In this document: positions 59,911 to 64,000 of the stretch, one piece after another | Layout: each line of letters starts with the position of its first letter | Numbering within the stretch: the first letter of the stretch is position 1 | Assembly: GCF_009914755.1 (NCBI RefSeq) | Contig: NC_060947.1 | DNA length: 64,000 nt | Direction: 5' to 3' (one strand) | Origin: the human T2T-CHM13v2.0 reference genome, Homo sapiens | The notes under the pieces: model-generated | Databases searched by the model: none | Told to the model about the DNA's origin: nothing | Seen by the model: the letters and a program-made list of their open reading frames with translations, nothing else | Translations under genes and position numbers: made by a program

Positions 59911-61413
59911 TAGGTTCAGAGGTATATGAGCAGGTTTATTATATAGTTACATTGTGTGTCGTGGGGGTTTGGTATACAGATTATTTTGTCACCCAGGTAA
60001 TAAGCAAGTCTCTGCGAGTCAGAGTCACCGTGTCCCACTTCTGTCCTTTATGTTTGTTTTCAGGAGATTGCCTTAACTTGAATCCTGTGGGCTTTCGTTT
60101 TTTACCTTTAAACTTCCTGCCATTTTTCCAGGTCTATCCTGATTATCACCTCCTTTGAGAAACCTTTCTTTGCTTTTGCTTTAGTTATAGCTTTATAAGT
60201 GACTTGTCACATCTAGTAACTTCATCCTTTCCTTGTCCTGTGCTCCCATAGCATTTTGTTCACATTTGTACATGCATCTATTGCTGACATGATTTACTTT
60301 TGTGTCCTGCAAATTGTAAGTTCCTGGAGGACAGGGACTATATTTGGTTCATTTTTGCATTTTTCATAGCCCATGATTATTTGATTGTCGAATATAACTG
60401 AATTGACTAGTCTTCATCATAAACTGAAGTTCTAAGAAGCCCAAAACTGTTGGAAATGAAGTGTCTTGAGGTATATTTGATTTTTTTTTCTCATTCCTAG
60501 CTTAGGATTAAAAGCGACAACAACAAAGAAAACCAAACAAAAACCCAACTTCCAGAATCGATCATAAACAAAGAATCCTGGAATGTTTTTGTCTTCATCC
60601 TGATATTTTATGTCTTTTTTTTTTTTTTTTTTTTTGAGACAAGGTCCCACTCTATCACCCAGACTGAGTGCAGCGGCGCCATCTTGGGTCACTGAAACCT
60701 CTGCCTCCTGGGCTCAAGCGAGCCTCCCACCTCAGCCTCTTGAGTAGCGGGGACTACAGACATGCGCCACCATGCCTGGCCAATTTTTTTATTATTTGTA
60801 GAGATGAGGTTTTGCCACATTGCTCAGGTTGGAATGCCCTATTTTAAGATGAGAAAATCTTATGAAACTAGCATATTCAAAAGGCTCACCAAATTTTGTA
60901 GGTTAATTAACAGCCATAACTGTTATGAACTTTGACTTATTTTTCACAGGCTAATTTTTTTTACTTCAGAGAATATTAATTACTACTGTTTGGAAATAAA
61001 AATTAACTCAGAGAAACTGAGTGAGTGTCATTTTGTCAACATATTTATAAAGTGGAAATTTAAAGGACAGTTTCTTAAATGGAATGCATGAGCATCTGTC
61101 TTTTTGTGTCTCATTCTGTGAATGATTCCCAATAAGGAATAATGAGTCCCATGTAGTCAAAGCAAGACTGTATTGACTCTTCTGATATTTTCTCCTAGAT
61201 ACTCAATTATTTACACTGCTTCTTGGTGTTATATTGAAAGTTTTCCATGGTCTTGGCACATAATGCTTATTTTTCTGGGCTAAAAACTCATGCAGCCATG
61301 CATGGAGTTAGGATTTTCAGTCTTTAATCACTTATTTGGCTGCCTGGTTGGAGTTTACCCTAAAGTGTTCAGCCTTGTCCATCCATACTTTACAAAGAGA
61401 TAGAGGTAGAGGA

Positions 61414-61738
<325 letters not shown>

Positions 61739-62222
61739 TCACGTGCCACTTTGTTTAGATGCTCTCATTTTCATAACAGAACCTTAAACTAAGTTCCTCC
61801 TGGTTGGTATACAAAGCGTATAAATTAATCAACACCTCAACATTTCTGCCCTTAGGTTTTGGCCCGTGAAAATGACCTTGAATTCTCTACCAAGTGATAG
61901 TTATCAAGTGTGCTGTAATGAGAAATGTTGTTTTGGTAGGACTGTAAAAGACCTGCATGCAAGGTCTCCATTCCTACAAATCAAATATGTCACATAGGTT
62001 GTTGTAGGTAGCCACTCACGCATCTTGTACCCACGATAAACATTGTTAATCAGTCACAGAACATTTTCCTTCTGAGCATGGACTCAGCCACAGAACTTCA
62101 CAACACAGTTTATTTAGGCAGCTAATATGAATGGATCAGAGTTGACATGCAAATTGAAACCTACTTGCCATGCTGGGGAATAATAACCTAAATGCTACCA
62201 TGGATTAATCCAGACCATTCCC

Positions 62223-62819
62223 TGTTGGGGTGATTGGACCCAACACCAGGTCTTGGGGGAGATGAAGTCCGTCGGACTCAAAGGAATGAGAAAAGACAGT
62301 TTGAGAGAGAAAGTGGGACCAGGGGGCCATCACTAAGTATGGAGGCTGTGAAGGCCCCGAGCTCTGGAAGCCCAGACTATTTATTGGTGATCAAACAAAG
62401 AAACAGGTGGTGAGAATGTGGGGTTGAAAAGGAGCGTTGCATTAAGCACATGATTTACAGCTGTGATGGTTTAGCATATGCTCTGCTACTTGAGATAACG
62501 GAGAGCAGGTTCTTTTAACTCAAGATACAATCGCTCCTAGGAGAGCAAGGAGCCAGCAAGTCTAGACACATTCCAGGGCCATGAGGGGTTTTATGCCCTG
62601 AGCCCTGGATTCTATCTAAGCAGGAGGGGTTTTATGCCCTAGGCTTAGATTATGGTGCAGCAGGGTAGCCTTCCACCCTTTAGCACAGAGCTTGGTGTTC
62701 CAGAGGCCACAAGGGGTTTTAGACCATGGACCCCGGACATGGTCCAAGACTCTTTTACATTATGTCAGACATGCAAGCCCTGCATCAGCTTCTCCCAACA
62801 CTCAGCTTTTCTCCCAACA
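62223..62819 (-). mobile_element. Solo LTR, ERVK-type (LTR14-like), 597 bp
   Basis: TG...CA termini (tgttggg ... cccaaca), exact 6-bp TSD attccc at 62217-62222 and 62820-62825, AATAAA on the minus strand; subfamily name from recall. Confidence 0.82.
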
Positions 62820-63090
62820 ATTCCCAACGTGTGTACAGTCTATGGAGTTGAACAGGAAGGTTTGTATAGTCATAGAATTGACTTAATGGACTGTGCTTTG
62901 TGATTGTAACAATAGCTTACATTGAAGGAAACTGTGTAATTCTTTAGGACACTTATTTCCCACTTAGCTCACAACCTTATCTTTCTGAGGATTCAGGGTT
63001 TCTTTTGGCATTGAAAATCAAGAAAAACTGTAGTTCTCAAAATCAATCAAACAAGCAAACAAAACTCTGGCTTTTAGTTTATGAACACTG

Positions 63091-63405
<315 letters not shown>

Positions 63406-64000
63406 TTAAAATGATGGTGATTCTCTCTTGCTATGGGCATTCAGAAGCTTAGAGCCAAATCTCTGGCCCACCTTTAGCAAGGACATTTTCCTCTGTGCTA
63501 AGAAGGAAAAAGTTCAGGCTTGGTGACTTGTTTATTTTATCATTGGCTGCATTATTCTCTTTCCTTTAAACTTCCCTTTCCGTGGTTCCTTCAGCTATTT
63601 CTTTTATCCAATATTGTCTTTAATTTTGAAACTGCCTCAAATCATTTGTGGAAGAAGATGAGCTGTTGCTAACTACATAAAAATGAACACAGTAACTTAA
63701 TACAAACCATATTTGGTCCCAATTTTTGTTTCTGTTTTCAGGCAAGAAATGTCTTACATTTGAAACATTTTCTATACATGAGGCAGAATTCTCAGGGTCA
63801 GGGTGAACTTAATAAAAATGTTTTGTTGAAAAATTGTTCTTTTCTCTGTGCTCCTTCTAGCTCAACTTTGTGAATGTTCCCACTGTCTTCAAGGCAGAAA
63901 TAGAACAGAAGGTGGGAAAAGAAGGGAACTAATATGTGATTCTAAAATCTTTACTGTTTAAAAAAATAAAAGTGAAATATTTATTGCTGGTAGATGAAGA

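Overview
Eukaryotic, Alu/L1-rich primate DNA, not microbial. From recalled protein sequences it looks like human Xp22.2 between CLTRN (collectrin/TMEM27) and CA5B. It holds the unprocessed carbonic anhydrase VB pseudogene CA5BP1 (+ strand): CpG-island first exon, five decayed CA5B-like exons, no exon for the HxH zinc ligands, and a GC-rich non-CA terminal exon with strong codon bias that completes a spliced 195-codon ORF. Further on are decayed CLTRN-like exons 1-2 (- strand) with an HNF1-type site. Bases ~61-4710 recur at ~54467-63955, implying an old ~55-59 kb tandem duplication of the head-to-head CLTRN-5'/CA5B unit, with an internal inversion. Also seen: a COX1 NUMT inside an L1, an ERVK-type solo LTR, nested LTRs, ~9 MER20-like copies and several hairpins. 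Gene and repeat-family names come from recall, not searches; repeat boundaries are approximate.
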